Source: a virus
IMG/VR virus record: IMGVR_UViG_3300046616_000603
Location: 6,376-70,375 of that record
Direction: 5' to 3' (one strand)
Length of the DNA stretch: 64,000 bases
The notes beneath the pieces were generated by a model. That model ran no database searches. It had not been told where the DNA came from and worked only from the letters and a program-made list of their open reading frames with translations. The translations under genes and the position numbers were made by a program. Below are positions 34,755 to 44,634 of this stretch, in pieces. Every line of letters starts with the position of its first letter. Within the stretch, counting starts at the first letter, position 1.

Positions 34755-36048
34755 CCCGCCGGTCGTTCTGACGCCGAAGCAGGCGAACATTTACGTCTGG
34801 GGCTGGCAGAAGAAGGCGCGCTTCCGCGACGCGGTGTGCGGCCGGCGATTCGGCAAGACTTTCCTCGGCAAGGCTGAGATTCGGCGCGCCGTGCGCCTGG
34901 CGGCGCAGTGGGGCGTCAGCGTCGAAGATGAGATCTGGTACGCGGCGCCGACGTTCAAGCAGGCGAAGCGGGTTTTCTGGCGCCGCCTCAAGCAGGCCAT
35001 CCCTGCCAGCTGGCGTGCTTCGAAGCCGAACGAGACCGAGTGCTCGATCACTACGAAGGCGGGCCACGTGGTCCGCATCGTCGGCTTGGACGCCTACGAC
35101 AATCTGCGCGGCTCGGGCCTGTTTTTCGTCCTGGTGGACGAATGGGCGGACTGCCCGTACGTCGCGTGGGAAGAAGTCTTGCGGCCGATGCTGTCGACCT
35201 GTAAGTACACGATCAACGGCGAGCAGCGAATCGGCGGGCACGCGCTGCGGATCGGCACGCCGAAGGGTTTCAATCACTGCTACGACAGCTATCTGGATGG
35301 GCAGGGCAAGGAGCCTGACCATAAGAGTTGGCTCTACACCTCGCTCGACGGCGGCAACGTTCCGCCGGAAGAGGTAGACGCGGCGCGGCGCAAGATGGAC
35401 CCGCGCACGTTCCGGCAGGAGTACCTCGCCAGCTTCGAGAACTACCAAGGCGTCATCTACTACTGCTTCGACCGCAGGAAAAATCACACCGACGACACGG
35501 TTCAGCCCGGCGACGCGCTGCACATCGGCATGGACTTCAACGTCGGCAAAATGGCCGCAGTGGTGTTCGTGATCCGCGAAGGGCTGCCGCGCGCGGTCGA
35601 TGAATTCTCGGATGTGTTCGATACGCCGGCGATGATCCAGAAGATCAAGGACCGCTACAAGCAGGCTGGTCAGCAGCACACCATTGCGGTCTATCCAGAC
35701 GCCTCCGGCCAGAATCGTAAATCCAGCTGCGCCAGCGAGTCGGACCTGTCTCTGCTGCGCGCCGCTCTGTTCACCGTGGTGGTGGATCCGACCAATCCAT
35801 CGGTCAAGGACCGCATCAACAGCGTGAACGCCATGTTGTGCAATACCTACGACGAGCGCCGGATGCTGGTCAACACGAACAAGTGCCAGAAGTACACGCT
35901 CTGCCTTGAGCGCCAGATCTACGACGACAAAGGCGATCCGGACAAGAAAGGCGGCTTCGACCACAACAACGACGCCGGCGGCTACTTCATCACGAAGCGC
36001 TGGCCAGTCGTCAAGCGCACGGCCCAGGCTGGGACGCTGAGAATTTAA
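34729..36048 (+). CDS. Terminase large subunit
   Basis: CGRRFGKT, LVDEW, IGTPKG, GMDFNV, DHNNDAGGY. Confidence 0.93.
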   Translation: MSQIALYSDPPVVLTPKQANIYVWGWQKKARFRDAVCGRRFGKTFLGKAEIRRAVRLAAQWGVSVEDEIWYAAPTFKQAKRVFWRRLKQAIPASWRASKPNETECSITTKAGHVVRIVGLDAYDNLRGSGLFFVLVDEWADCPYVAWEEVLRPMLSTCKYTINGEQRIGGHALRIGTPKGFNHCYDSYLDGQGKEPDHKSWLYTSLDGGNVPPEEVDAARRKMDPRTFRQEYLASFENYQGVIYYCFDRRKNHTDDTVQPGDALHIGMDFNVGKMAAVVFVIREGLPRAVDEFSDVFDTPAMIQKIKDRYKQAGQQHTIAVYPDASGQNRKSSCASESDLSLLRAALFTVVVDPTNPSVKDRINSVNAMLCNTYDERRMLVNTNKCQKYTLCLERQIYDDKGDPDKKGGFDHNNDAGGYFITKRWPVVKRTAQAGTLRI

Positions 36049-36059
36049 GCAAGGAAGCT

Positions 36060-37517
36060 ATGGCCAAGGTCAACGAAGTCTCAGCAGCAGTAGCTGCGAT
36101 GCAGGCCGATTGGAACAAGATCGACGCGCTGCTGGGCGGTACCAAGGCGATGCGCGCCGCGCGCGAGACCTACCTGCCGAAGTTCCCTGCCGAGGACCAA
36201 GAGAGCTACGACTACCGCGTGAAGACGTCGACGCTGTTCAACGGCCTTGGTCGTACTTTGGAGAACATGGCCGCTAAGCCGTTTGCCGAGGCGATCACCT
36301 TTACTGATCTGGATCCGGTCGCCGAGGCGTGGCTGGAAGACATCGATCAGTGCGGCAACAACATGACGGTGTTCGCGCACAGCGTATTCACCGAAGGCCT
36401 TGCCAAAGGGATGACACACATCCTGGTGGACTACCCAGTCACGGTGGACGACGAGGGCCGCCAGCTGTATCCGACGAAGGCGGCCGAGGATGCCGCCCGC
36501 GTGCGGCCGTATCTGGTGCACGTCAAGCCGGGCCAGATCATCGACGCGGTGCCGATGAAGGGCAAGGGTGGCGCGCAGGTTATCGGCCAGGTGCGCTTCA
36601 TGGAGTGCGTCGAGGAGCCGGCACCTGATGGCGAGTTCGGAACGAAGACCGTCCAGCAAATCCGCGTGCTGGAACCTGGTCGCTGGGCGACTTACCGCAA
36701 GGGCACTGGCTCGCTGAGCGAAACGTGGGTACTGCATAAGCAGGGTGTGACCTCTCTCGACTTCGTTCCGATGGTCACGTTCTACACGAAGCGCACCGGG
36801 TTCATGACAGCGACGCCGCCGCTCAACGATCTGGCGGACCTGAACATCAAGCACTGGCAGTCGTCGAGCGATCAAGACAGCATCCTGCACACCGCGCGCG
36901 TGCCGCTTCTCTCCATCACCGGCTTGCAGGACGACGACAAGGTCGAGATCGGCGCGAAGTCGTTCCTGCGTCTGCCAATGGGCGCCGAGGCCAAATACGT
37001 TGAGCACACCGGCGCTGCGATCGATGCTGGCCGCGTCTCGCTGCAGGATCTGGAAAACCAGATGCGCGCGATGGGCGCCGAGCTGCTGGCCGAGACGCAG
37101 GTGAGCACGACGGCGACGCAGAATAACATCGAGAATGCCGAGCAGCAGTGCCAGCTCTCGCGAATGGTGCAGGGCTTGGAAGACACGCTCGACAACGCGC
37201 TGGACATGATGCACATCATGAAGAAGATGGAATACAAGGGCGACCTGGACATCTTCGACGACTTCTCGTCCGACGCTGTGCTGGCCACGGCCGCGCCGTT
37301 CGTCATCGCGCTGATCCAGTTGGTGAACAACGGCCTGTTGGACAAGGAATCGGCCTTCGAAGAGATGCAGCGCTACGGCATCATCAATCCGGACAAGGTG
37401 TGGAAGGATGTGCAGGCGAAGCTCGAACTGGAAGGCCCGATGTTCGACGTGCCGATGCCGGGTGCCAAGCCGCCTGCACCAAGCCCGGCGCCGGCACCTG
37501 CGCCAGCCATTGAATAA
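36060..37517 (+). CDS. Portal protein (DUF4055-like)
   Basis: ALLGGTKAMRAARETYLPK...PPLNDLADLNIKHWQSSSDQ; follows terL. Confidence 0.9.
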   Translation: MAKVNEVSAAVAAMQADWNKIDALLGGTKAMRAARETYLPKFPAEDQESYDYRVKTSTLFNGLGRTLENMAAKPFAEAITFTDLDPVAEAWLEDIDQCGNNMTVFAHSVFTEGLAKGMTHILVDYPVTVDDEGRQLYPTKAAEDAARVRPYLVHVKPGQIIDAVPMKGKGGAQVIGQVRFMECVEEPAPDGEFGTKTVQQIRVLEPGRWATYRKGTGSLSETWVLHKQGVTSLDFVPMVTFYTKRTGFMTATPPLNDLADLNIKHWQSSSDQDSILHTARVPLLSITGLQDDDKVEIGAKSFLRLPMGAEAKYVEHTGAAIDAGRVSLQDLENQMRAMGAELLAETQVSTTATQNNIENAEQQCQLSRMVQGLEDTLDNALDMMHIMKKMEYKGDLDIFDDFSSDAVLATAAPFVIALIQLVNNGLLDKESAFEEMQRYGIINPDKVWKDVQAKLELEGPMFDVPMPGAKPPAPSPAPAPAPAIE

Positions 37518-38662
37518 TGGGCGCGCTCGAAGAGCGGCTGCTTGAGGCACTGCTTGGCGCCAGCGTCAACATGCTGCGCGCCGAGGCGGAGATCAAGGCC
37601 AAGGTCATCGCGCTGCTGGTGCTGATGCAGAAGGATCTGGTGGGCATGCTGGTCAACGCCGGCGAGCTGACCGAGATGAATAAGCTGGCCAAGGCTGCGG
37701 TGCTGCGCGAGTCGAATCAACTGATTGCCAAGTACTACGGCGAGGCTCAACTCAAACTCGACCTGGTCGGCGTGGCCGAGGTCGAAGCGCTGGCCGTCCG
37801 CAAGGCGCTGACCAGCGTCATAAAGCGCGCGGCGCCCGGCCCGATCAGCGCCGAAGTACGCCTCGGCATGAACATGCCGACCGAGGCCTACCTCAAGAAG
37901 TTGGCCAGCGACACGCTGATCCAAGGCTCGCCGGCAAAGAACTGGTGGCTGCGCCAGACGCAGGACACGCAGTTCAAGGTTGCGAACCAGATCCGCATCG
38001 GCGCCGCACAGGGCGAGACGAACGCGCAGATCATCAAGCGCATCGTCGGCGAGGAAGCCAAGGTGCTGCCGGCGGTGCCTACCGCCAAGGTCCCGGTCAC
38101 GCCAGAGATTGCCCCCGGCGTGCCGGGCGTGATGCCGCTGGCGAAGAAGAACGCCGCCGCCATCGTGCAGACCAGCATGGCCACGGTATCGGCTGCGGCG
38201 CGCCGCGCCACGCTGGCGCTGAACAAGGACGTCACCAACGGCTTCATGCAGGTCAGCACGCTGGACAGCCACACCAGCCTGACCTGTATCGCCTACAGCG
38301 GTGCATGCTGGAACTGGGACTACGAGCCGATCAATGGCAACGACCTGCCTTGGAACGGCGGCGTGCCGCGCCACTGGAACTGCCGCAGCGCCGAGATCGC
38401 GCTGATGAAGACGTTGCGCGAGATGGGCATCGACATGGACGAGCCGGAGCCCGGGCAGCGCGCCTCGGCGGCCGGGCCGGTCAGCGCGAAGACGACGTTC
38501 GAAGAGTTCCTCGAAAAGATGGGCTCAGCCTATCAGGATGAGACGCTGGGCAAGGGCAGGGCGGAACTGTTCCGCGCCGGCAAGCTTACGCCGCGCGAGT
38601 TGGTCGATATGTCTGGTCGACCACTGAAGCTCGAAACGCTCAAGGCGGCGCTTGTGAACTGA
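37517..38662 (+). CDS. Minor head/head morphogenesis protein (Mu gpF/SPP1 gp7-like)
   Basis: STLDSHTSLTC...PRHWNCRS. Confidence 0.82.
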   Translation: MGALEERLLEALLGASVNMLRAEAEIKAKVIALLVLMQKDLVGMLVNAGELTEMNKLAKAAVLRESNQLIAKYYGEAQLKLDLVGVAEVEALAVRKALTSVIKRAAPGPISAEVRLGMNMPTEAYLKKLASDTLIQGSPAKNWWLRQTQDTQFKVANQIRIGAAQGETNAQIIKRIVGEEAKVLPAVPTAKVPVTPEIAPGVPGVMPLAKKNAAAIVQTSMATVSAAARRATLALNKDVTNGFMQVSTLDSHTSLTCIAYSGACWNWDYEPINGNDLPWNGGVPRHWNCRSAEIALMKTLREMGIDMDEPEPGQRASAAGPVSAKTTFEEFLEKMGSAYQDETLGKGRAELFRAGKLTPRELVDMSGRPLKLETLKAALVN

Positions 38663-38677
38663 TGTAGAATTTGGCGT

Positions 38678-38902
38678 ATGACCTTCGATGCCAAATCCCT
38701 GTTGACCGAGCCGCTTCCGCCTGACCTCACGGTCGATGGGTTAGCGGCAGCGCTTGCGCAGTTGCAGGCGATGGGCATGGGTGGTGCTGGAATCAAGTTG
38801 TCGGATGGTGCTGCGATACGCAAGGTTGACCTTGTCGCGCACGGTGAGCAGCCGGCCCACTTCGTGTTGAATGACGGAATCGCAAAACCAACACCGAATT
38901 AG
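38678..38902 (+). CDS. Small hypothetical protein
   Basis: 74 aa ORF followed by a terminator. Confidence 0.5.
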   Translation: MTFDAKSLLTEPLPPDLTVDGLAAALAQLQAMGMGGAGIKLSDGAAIRKVDLVAHGEQPAHFVLNDGIAKPTPN

Positions 38903-38929
38903 ACCACAAATTATTCCAGGAATTATTCC

Positions 38930-38961
38930 AAGGCCACCCGGGCAACCAGGTGGCCTTTTTT
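38930..38961 (+). terminator. Intrinsic terminator
   Basis: AAGGCCACCCGG-GCAA-CCAGGTGGCCTTTTTT. Confidence 0.75.
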
Positions 38962-38963
38962 AT

Positions 38964-39022
38964 TGCCGCAAGCGGACGCGACGCGGTGCACGGCCGGAAG
39001 GCCATCGATAGGGCGGATGCCC
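38964..39022 (+). promoter_or_regulatory. Three GGAN-tetraloop hairpins in the scaffold gene leader
   Basis: GC-GGAC-GC inside GCCGC/GCGGT; GGCC-GGAA-GGCC; GGGC-GGAT-GCCC. Confidence 0.5.
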
Positions 39023-39035
39023 GGAAAGACCCACC

Positions 39036-39836
39036 ATGCCATTCAAATTCAATGCTGACGGCACCATCGCAATGGATGCCACTGCGAAGCTGCCGATCTT
39101 CATCAACAAGGACGGCGCGGAAGCTCCATTTGACGCCGACACCACCGTCGCCAACATCGGTCGCTTGAACGGCGAAGCGAAAGCGCACCGCGAGGCCAAA
39201 GAAGCTGCCGAACTGGCATTGAAACCTTTCCGTGATGCGGGCATCGAAGATCCCGTGGCCGCAGGCGCAGCGCTGGCGACGGTCAAGAACCTGAACGCCG
39301 GTGAACTCAAGACCGCCGCACAGGTGCAAGAAATCAAGGACGCAGCTGCTAAGTCTGCCAAAGAATCGGTCGAGGCCGCGACCCGTGCCGCCGCCGAGAA
39401 AGAGCGCACGCTGACCGAGCAGAACGTAAAGCTGACGCAAGACCTGAACAACCACATCGTCGGCGGCAGCTTCGCTGGCTCCAAATTCATCGCCGACAAG
39501 CTGGCTATCCCTGCTGATATCGCCCAGAAGGTGTTCGGCGACCGCTTCAAGGTCGACGGCGGCAAGCTGCTGGCACTGGACGCGAACGGCAATCCACTGT
39601 TCTCGGCGACCCGGCACGGCGAACACGCCAATTTCGAAGAAGCGATCGAAGTGATGGTCAGCCAGTACTCCAACAAGAACATGATCCTGAAAGGGTCTGG
39701 CGCCTCGGGCGGCGGTGCTCAAGGTGGTGCTGGCGGCACCGGTGGCGGCAAGACCATGACCCGCGCGGCCTTCGACGCCGCAACCCCGGCCGCCAAGTCC
39801 GAATTCGCCAAGAGCGGCGGCACCGTCACCGACTAA
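39036..39836 (+). CDS. Capsid scaffolding protein (DUF6651-like)
   Basis: IGRLNGEAKAHREAKE...IVGGSFAGSKFI...ILKGSGASGGGA; precedes capsid. Confidence 0.82.
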   Translation: MPFKFNADGTIAMDATAKLPIFINKDGAEAPFDADTTVANIGRLNGEAKAHREAKEAAELALKPFRDAGIEDPVAAGAALATVKNLNAGELKTAAQVQEIKDAAAKSAKESVEAATRAAAEKERTLTEQNVKLTQDLNNHIVGGSFAGSKFIADKLAIPADIAQKVFGDRFKVDGGKLLALDANGNPLFSATRHGEHANFEEAIEVMVSQYSNKNMILKGSGASGGGAQGGAGGTGGGKTMTRAAFDAATPAAKSEFAKSGGTVTD

Positions 39837-39854
39837 CCAATCATGCTCTACCGG

Positions 39855-39882
39855 AGGCCAGCCGATGCGCTGGCCTTTTTTA
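39855..39882 (+). terminator. Intrinsic terminator between scaffold and capsid genes
   Basis: AGGCCAGC-CGATGC-GCTGGCCTTTTTT. Confidence 0.7.
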
Positions 39883-39898
39883 TTACGGCAGTACCGCA

Positions 39899-39952
39899 AG
39901 ACGCAGCCAACGCCTGGATGGGAGTTGGTGCTTTGGGCTGGATGGCCTGTCT
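39899..39952 (+). promoter_or_regulatory. Two GGAT-tetraloop hairpins in the capsid gene leader
   Basis: GCCAAC.CCT-GGAT-GGG.GTTGGT and GGGCT-GGAT-GGCCT, closed by AGAC/GTCT. Confidence 0.5.
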
Positions 39953-39993
39953 GTTTCAAATCTCCAAAACACCAACTTTTTAAAGGGTACATC

Positions 39994-41358
39994 ATGAAGA
40001 AAACCATGCTGTCGGTCATGGCGCTGTGCGCCGTGGCCTTCCACTCGGCCGCCTCGGCCACTACCGCGATGGCGCACAAGGCTGTCGAAGCCGTCGCCGT
40101 AGTGCCGGCGAAAGTCGATTTCGCTGGCCGCGTCCTGATGGAGCTGGCGTACCGCTACATCACCAACTACGCCGCCCGCACCGGCGTCGTACTTGGCGTC
40201 AACTCGTTGAGCGGCCTGATCACCACCATCTACAGCGCTTCCGATCAGGTTGCCCGCGAAATGGTCGGCTTCATTCCGGCGGTGTCGGCTGACATGAACT
40301 TCACCCGCGCAGCGGTAGGGCAGGAGGTCACGTCGCCGGTCGCACCTGCCGCAACCGCAGGCGATATTACCCCTGCTGTGACGCCGCCGAATGACGGTGA
40401 TCAAACCATCGGAAAAAAGGGCGTGATCATCACCAAGGCCCGCCGCGTGCCGATTCGTTGGAACGGCGAAGAGCAACTGGCACTGGACAACAACGGCGCC
40501 AGCTATAACGTCATCCTGCGCGATCAGTTCGCGCAAGCGATGCGAACACTGGTGAACGAAGTCGAATCCGACCTGGCTGCGCTGTACGTCAAGGCTTCCC
40601 GTGCATGCGGCACCGCCGGCGTTGCCCCATTCGCCACTGCTGGCGACCTGACCGACACAGCCGGCGCGCTGCGCATTCTGGAAGAGAACGGCGCTCAAGG
40701 CCTCGACTTCCAACTGGTACTGGGCTCGGCGGCGATGGTCAACCTGCGCGGCAAACAGTCGGGCCTGTTCAAGGTCAACGAAGCTGGCCGTGAAGACATG
40801 CTGCGCAACGGCATGACCGACCGCCTGCAAGGCTTCGCTCTGCGCAACAGCTCGGGCATCAAGCTGCATACCAAAGGGACTGCTGCCGCCGCGACTACCA
40901 ACGCTGCGGGCTACGCCATCGGCGCCACCGTCATCTCGCTGGCGTCTGCTGGTACCGGCACCTCTCTGGTGGGCGACACCATCACCTTCGCCGGTGACAC
41001 CAACCAGTACGTGGTGGCGAGCGGTGACGCCGACGTATCGAACGGCGGCACCATCACCCTGGCGGCACCCGGCCTGCTGAAGGCGATCCCAGCCGCCGCG
41101 ACCGCCATCACCGTCGCAGCGACGGGCTTCCGCAACATGTTCTTCGCCCGTTCGGCGATTCAGCTGGCGACCCGCGCGCCGGCGCTGCCGAAACAAGGCG
41201 ACTCGGCGGTCGACCGCATGCTGGTCACCGACCCGCTGACGGGCCTGACCTTCGAGATCAGCATGTACGCCCAGTACCGCCAGATGCAGTACGAAGTGGC
41301 GCTGGCCTGGGGCTGCGGCTCGGTCAAGGATGAATTCATCGGCATCCTGCACGGCTAA
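39994..41358 (+). CDS. Major capsid protein (P22 coat-like family) with N-terminal extension
   Basis: NSLSGLITTIYSASDQVAREMVGFIPAV...QFAQAMRTLVNEVESDL...YRQMQYEVALAWG. Confidence 0.9.
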   Translation: MKKTMLSVMALCAVAFHSAASATTAMAHKAVEAVAVVPAKVDFAGRVLMELAYRYITNYAARTGVVLGVNSLSGLITTIYSASDQVAREMVGFIPAVSADMNFTRAAVGQEVTSPVAPAATAGDITPAVTPPNDGDQTIGKKGVIITKARRVPIRWNGEEQLALDNNGASYNVILRDQFAQAMRTLVNEVESDLAALYVKASRACGTAGVAPFATAGDLTDTAGALRILEENGAQGLDFQLVLGSAAMVNLRGKQSGLFKVNEAGREDMLRNGMTDRLQGFALRNSSGIKLHTKGTAAAATTNAAGYAIGATVISLASAGTGTSLVGDTITFAGDTNQYVVASGDADVSNGGTITLAAPGLLKAIPAAATAITVAATGFRNMFFARSAIQLATRAPALPKQGDSAVDRMLVTDPLTGLTFEISMYAQYRQMQYEVALAWGCGSVKDEFIGILHG

Positions 41359-41411
41359 ACCGACAACCCACCCGGCGGCCAGCACGGCGCCGGGCAACCT
41401 GCGAGAACTCC

Positions 41412-41849
41412 ATGAATTCCACCATCAAAGTCAAATCCACCGACCCGGCGAGCCAAGGCCCGTTCGTTGTGATCAACACCGCCGACTTCAATGCGGACGT
41501 CCATGTGCCATACGACGACGACTCGGCCGAAGCACTGGCCGGTGCCGTTCAGTCGGGTGTAATCGTCCCCCCCGTAGCCGAACTGCAAGCTGGCTTCGAA
41601 CAGCTGCAAGCGCGTGAGCGCGCCCTGGCCGACCGCGAAGCTGAGCTGGTCGAGCGTGAGAGCGCCAGCTTGATCGAAGCACAACGCCTGGCCGACGAGA
41701 AGGCCGCGCTGGCCGCCGCCGGTACCGGCACACCGAGCTACGCAACCATGTCCAAGGACGAGCTGCAGGCCGCCCTGACCGCGCAAGGCAAATCGTTCCC
41801 AGCAGCGGCCAACAAGGCCGACCTGATCACGCTGCTGACCAGCGCGTAA
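41412..41849 (+). CDS. HeH/LEM-domain phage protein
   Basis: FVVINTADF; C-term MSKDELQAALTAQGKSFPAAANKADLITLL. Confidence 0.75.
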   Translation: MNSTIKVKSTDPASQGPFVVINTADFNADVHVPYDDDSAEALAGAVQSGVIVPPVAELQAGFEQLQARERALADREAELVERESASLIEAQRLADEKAALAAAGTGTPSYATMSKDELQAALTAQGKSFPAAANKADLITLLTSA

Positions 41850-41869
41850 TCCCGCCTCGCTCCACGACC

Positions 41870-41893
41870 AGCCCGCCGCTTGCGGGCTTTTTT
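41870..41893 (+). terminator. Intrinsic terminator
   Basis: AGCCCGC-CGCTT-GCGGGCTTTTTT. Confidence 0.75.
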
Positions 41894-41915
41894 CATTCCG
41901 CCATCGAGATAGCCC

Positions 41916-44111
41916 ATGTCCATCACCACCACGATCAAAGTCGGCGAGACCGGCAAGACCATCACGCTGCCAGAAGGTAAAGCGCTGACGATCAAGCCTA
42001 CGGTCGGCTCCATCGGTACGGCCGGCGTGGCCTACCTGCTGGACCAGGCGCTCGGCGGCAACAATTCGAAGGGTTCGTGGCAAATCGGCTCGGCCGCGCT
42101 GGCGCCCATCGGTCCTTACGAAGGCACCCAGAAGATCCTCATCACCTGCACCGCAGGCAGTATTGATGCGACGGTGGGGGATGCGGTGGTGGGTGCAGCT
42201 CAACTAGAACGTGATGCCGCAACTAATGAAATCGGACTAGCTGGTCCAGCGACCGATAATGCAATCGAAGAAGCTTTCCGCTTGGCCTTCAGCCAGATTG
42301 TGCCCAAGACCACGCCGACTGTGGTGGAGACTGTACCGACGCTGGCGATGACGGGCACTCGCTACTACATTGATCCTATCGCTGGCAATAACTCGCTGGC
42401 GGGTACGTCCAAGGCAACTGCGTGGGCCAGCATCACCAAGCTGATCAGCCTCAATCCCGGCGCCGGGGCAGTGATCCACCTTGCCGACGACAGCATTTCC
42501 GATTTTGCCGATACCTTTGCCGTCTACAAGGCGCGTACAACCTTCCCGTATAACGGCATCGACAACTTCCGTGGCACTGCGGCGCAGCCGATCATCATCA
42601 AGCCCTACACGGCACGTCCCGGCTCGACGCAGAAGCGCCCCATCATTCGCTATTACGGCGTGCTGGCCACCAGCGACTGGACGCAGGAAACCGGCATCGG
42701 CCCGAACGTCTGGTCTGCGCCATTCACCGGCACCTTCGCCAACGATGTTTCGTCGCGGATGCTGTTCGGCCCCAACAAGGTTCTTGGCGTGGCTCCACGC
42801 CAGCAGGTCGTTGGCCAGGCCTACGGCAACACGCCGCAGCAGCTCGCCAAAGATCGTGATTTCGCCTTCGATGGCACTAAGCTGTACGTCTATTCGTCGG
42901 GCGGCAATCCCACCACCTACTACAACGGCGTGTATCTTGCCGGCCAGCCGGTATTTTCATCGTCATGGGAAGGCGGCCACCACACCAAGTGGGTCGGCCT
43001 GCGCTTTGAATACTGCAACGGCTTCATCCTTGAATACTCGTCCACCAACGCCAATTCGGTGCAGGGCTTCGAGATTTCCGACTGTGTTTTCTATCGCTGC
43101 AACCCCGGCTATTTTGCCAACAAGGCCACGGCTGGTTCGGCGTCCGAAATGGTGGTGACGTTCAAGAATTTGCGCCTCATTGAAACGCCGTCGTCGGGCA
43201 TCCGACTGGGCAGCACCACCGGCACGGCAGGCAACACTATGAGCTGGGAAGTGCTCAAGGTGCGCGTCTATGGCGGCAATTACTGCTCGTCCGTGGGCGG
43301 CGCGCTGCTATACAACCAAGCGAAAGGCGGCACCAAGCATATCGTGTGGGGCTGCTACGGCTACGACTGCCGCAATGGCACTGGCGGCAACAACATCGAT
43401 GGCGCGTTTGTCTACCACGACGTTTCCTCGCGTGACAATATTACGGCATTCAACATCGCCGAGCGCTGCGGCGTCCCGTTCCAGTTGAACAATTCGGTGA
43501 ACTCCACGATGGTTGCAAATGCCACCATCGATTGCATCGGCCTTGCGCAGATCACCGGCGCGCCGGACGTGAACACGCCAAACCAGTCGTACATTTGCGC
43601 GCACAACACATGGCTCTGGACCGGGCGCGTCAACAGCGCGGATATCCCAATCGGCCCTTCGGCACCGAAGTTTGCTACCGGCGCAGTCATCACCGAGTTC
43701 AACGACCAGGTTGGCGCGTTTGGTTCTGGCAACAAGTTCACCAATCTGGTAATCGCTAACAACTTGGCGGTGTCGGCCGATCCCGCATCTGCCAACAAGC
43801 CGATGCTGTCGTACATCCTGAGCCAAGTTACCACGGCCCTGATCGCAGGCAATGCAGCCGCTGGCCTCGGTGCGGTGTTGGCGAAGGACAACGGCGTGGA
43901 CAGCACCGCAACTGGCAATGTGATTGCGCTGGCGGCGTCGCTGGCTGATATCGAAACTTGGCTGCCGAATGCACGTACTGGCAATGCTCGCCCGGCGAAA
44001 GATACCCCGCTTGCTGGTATCGGCGCCGCGCTCTCGATCCAGTACCAGGACATCGCCGGGAAGAACTTTGCCGCACGGCCCACGCCAGGTTGCTATGAGA
44101 CTCTGGTTTAA
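41916..44111 (+). CDS. Virion-associated parallel beta-helix protein (depolymerase-like)
   Basis: RYYIDPIAGNNSLAGTSKATAWASI motif, Asn/Cys-ladder repeats, DIAGKNF...PTPGCYE end. Confidence 0.75.
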   Translation: MSITTTIKVGETGKTITLPEGKALTIKPTVGSIGTAGVAYLLDQALGGNNSKGSWQIGSAALAPIGPYEGTQKILITCTAGSIDATVGDAVVGAAQLERDAATNEIGLAGPATDNAIEEAFRLAFSQIVPKTTPTVVETVPTLAMTGTRYYIDPIAGNNSLAGTSKATAWASITKLISLNPGAGAVIHLADDSISDFADTFAVYKARTTFPYNGIDNFRGTAAQPIIIKPYTARPGSTQKRPIIRYYGVLATSDWTQETGIGPNVWSAPFTGTFANDVSSRMLFGPNKVLGVAPRQQVVGQAYGNTPQQLAKDRDFAFDGTKLYVYSSGGNPTTYYNGVYLAGQPVFSSSWEGGHHTKWVGLRFEYCNGFILEYSSTNANSVQGFEISDCVFYRCNPGYFANKATAGSASEMVVTFKNLRLIETPSSGIRLGSTTGTAGNTMSWEVLKVRVYGGNYCSSVGGALLYNQAKGGTKHIVWGCYGYDCRNGTGGNNIDGAFVYHDVSSRDNITAFNIAERCGVPFQLNNSVNSTMVANATIDCIGLAQITGAPDVNTPNQSYICAHNTWLWTGRVNSADIPIGPSAPKFATGAVITEFNDQVGAFGSGNKFTNLVIANNLAVSADPASANKPMLSYILSQVTTALIAGNAAAGLGAVLAKDNGVDSTATGNVIALAASLADIETWLPNARTGNARPAKDTPLAGIGAALSIQYQDIAGKNFAARPTPGCYETLV

Positions 44112-44115
44112 CGCC

Positions 44116-44634
44116 ATGACACTGACCGTTGAAACCGGCACCGGCCTGCCGAATGCCGAGAGCTACGCAAGCGTGGAGCAAGCTGACGCGTACCACGCAA
44201 AGCGACTGAATGCGATCTGGGCGTCGCTCGATGCCCCGACCAAAGAGGGCCTGCTGATCAAGGCCACCGAGTACATTGTTGGCCAGTATCGCGAGCGGTG
44301 GAAGGGCGTGCGCACCAACACGACGCAGGCGCTGGACTGGCCGCGTTACAACGTGCAGCTGCCGGACGTAGGCTTCGGTCAAGTCGCAGCCTACGTGCCC
44401 TCGAACGTGGTGCCGGCCGAGGTGGTGAGCGCCTGCTGCTGGCTGGCGCTGCAGGCGAGCAGCGGCGACTTGGCGCCGAACCTCGACCGCACGATCAAGC
44501 AGGACACCGTCGGCCCCATCACCACGATTTACTCGGACGGCGCGCCGGAGCGCCCGCGCTACACGGCGGTCGACAGCATGCTGGCCGCGTACCTGTGCGG
44601 CTCGCGCAACTCGGGAAGGTTGGTGCGCGGATGA
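44116..44634 (+). CDS. Head-tail adaptor (DnaT-like family)
   Basis: LTVETGTGLPNAESYASVEQADAYH...QALDWPR. Confidence 0.85.
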   Translation: MTLTVETGTGLPNAESYASVEQADAYHAKRLNAIWASLDAPTKEGLLIKATEYIVGQYRERWKGVRTNTTQALDWPRYNVQLPDVGFGQVAAYVPSNVVPAEVVSACCWLALQASSGDLAPNLDRTIKQDTVGPITTIYSDGAPERPRYTAVDSMLAAYLCGSRNSGRLVRG

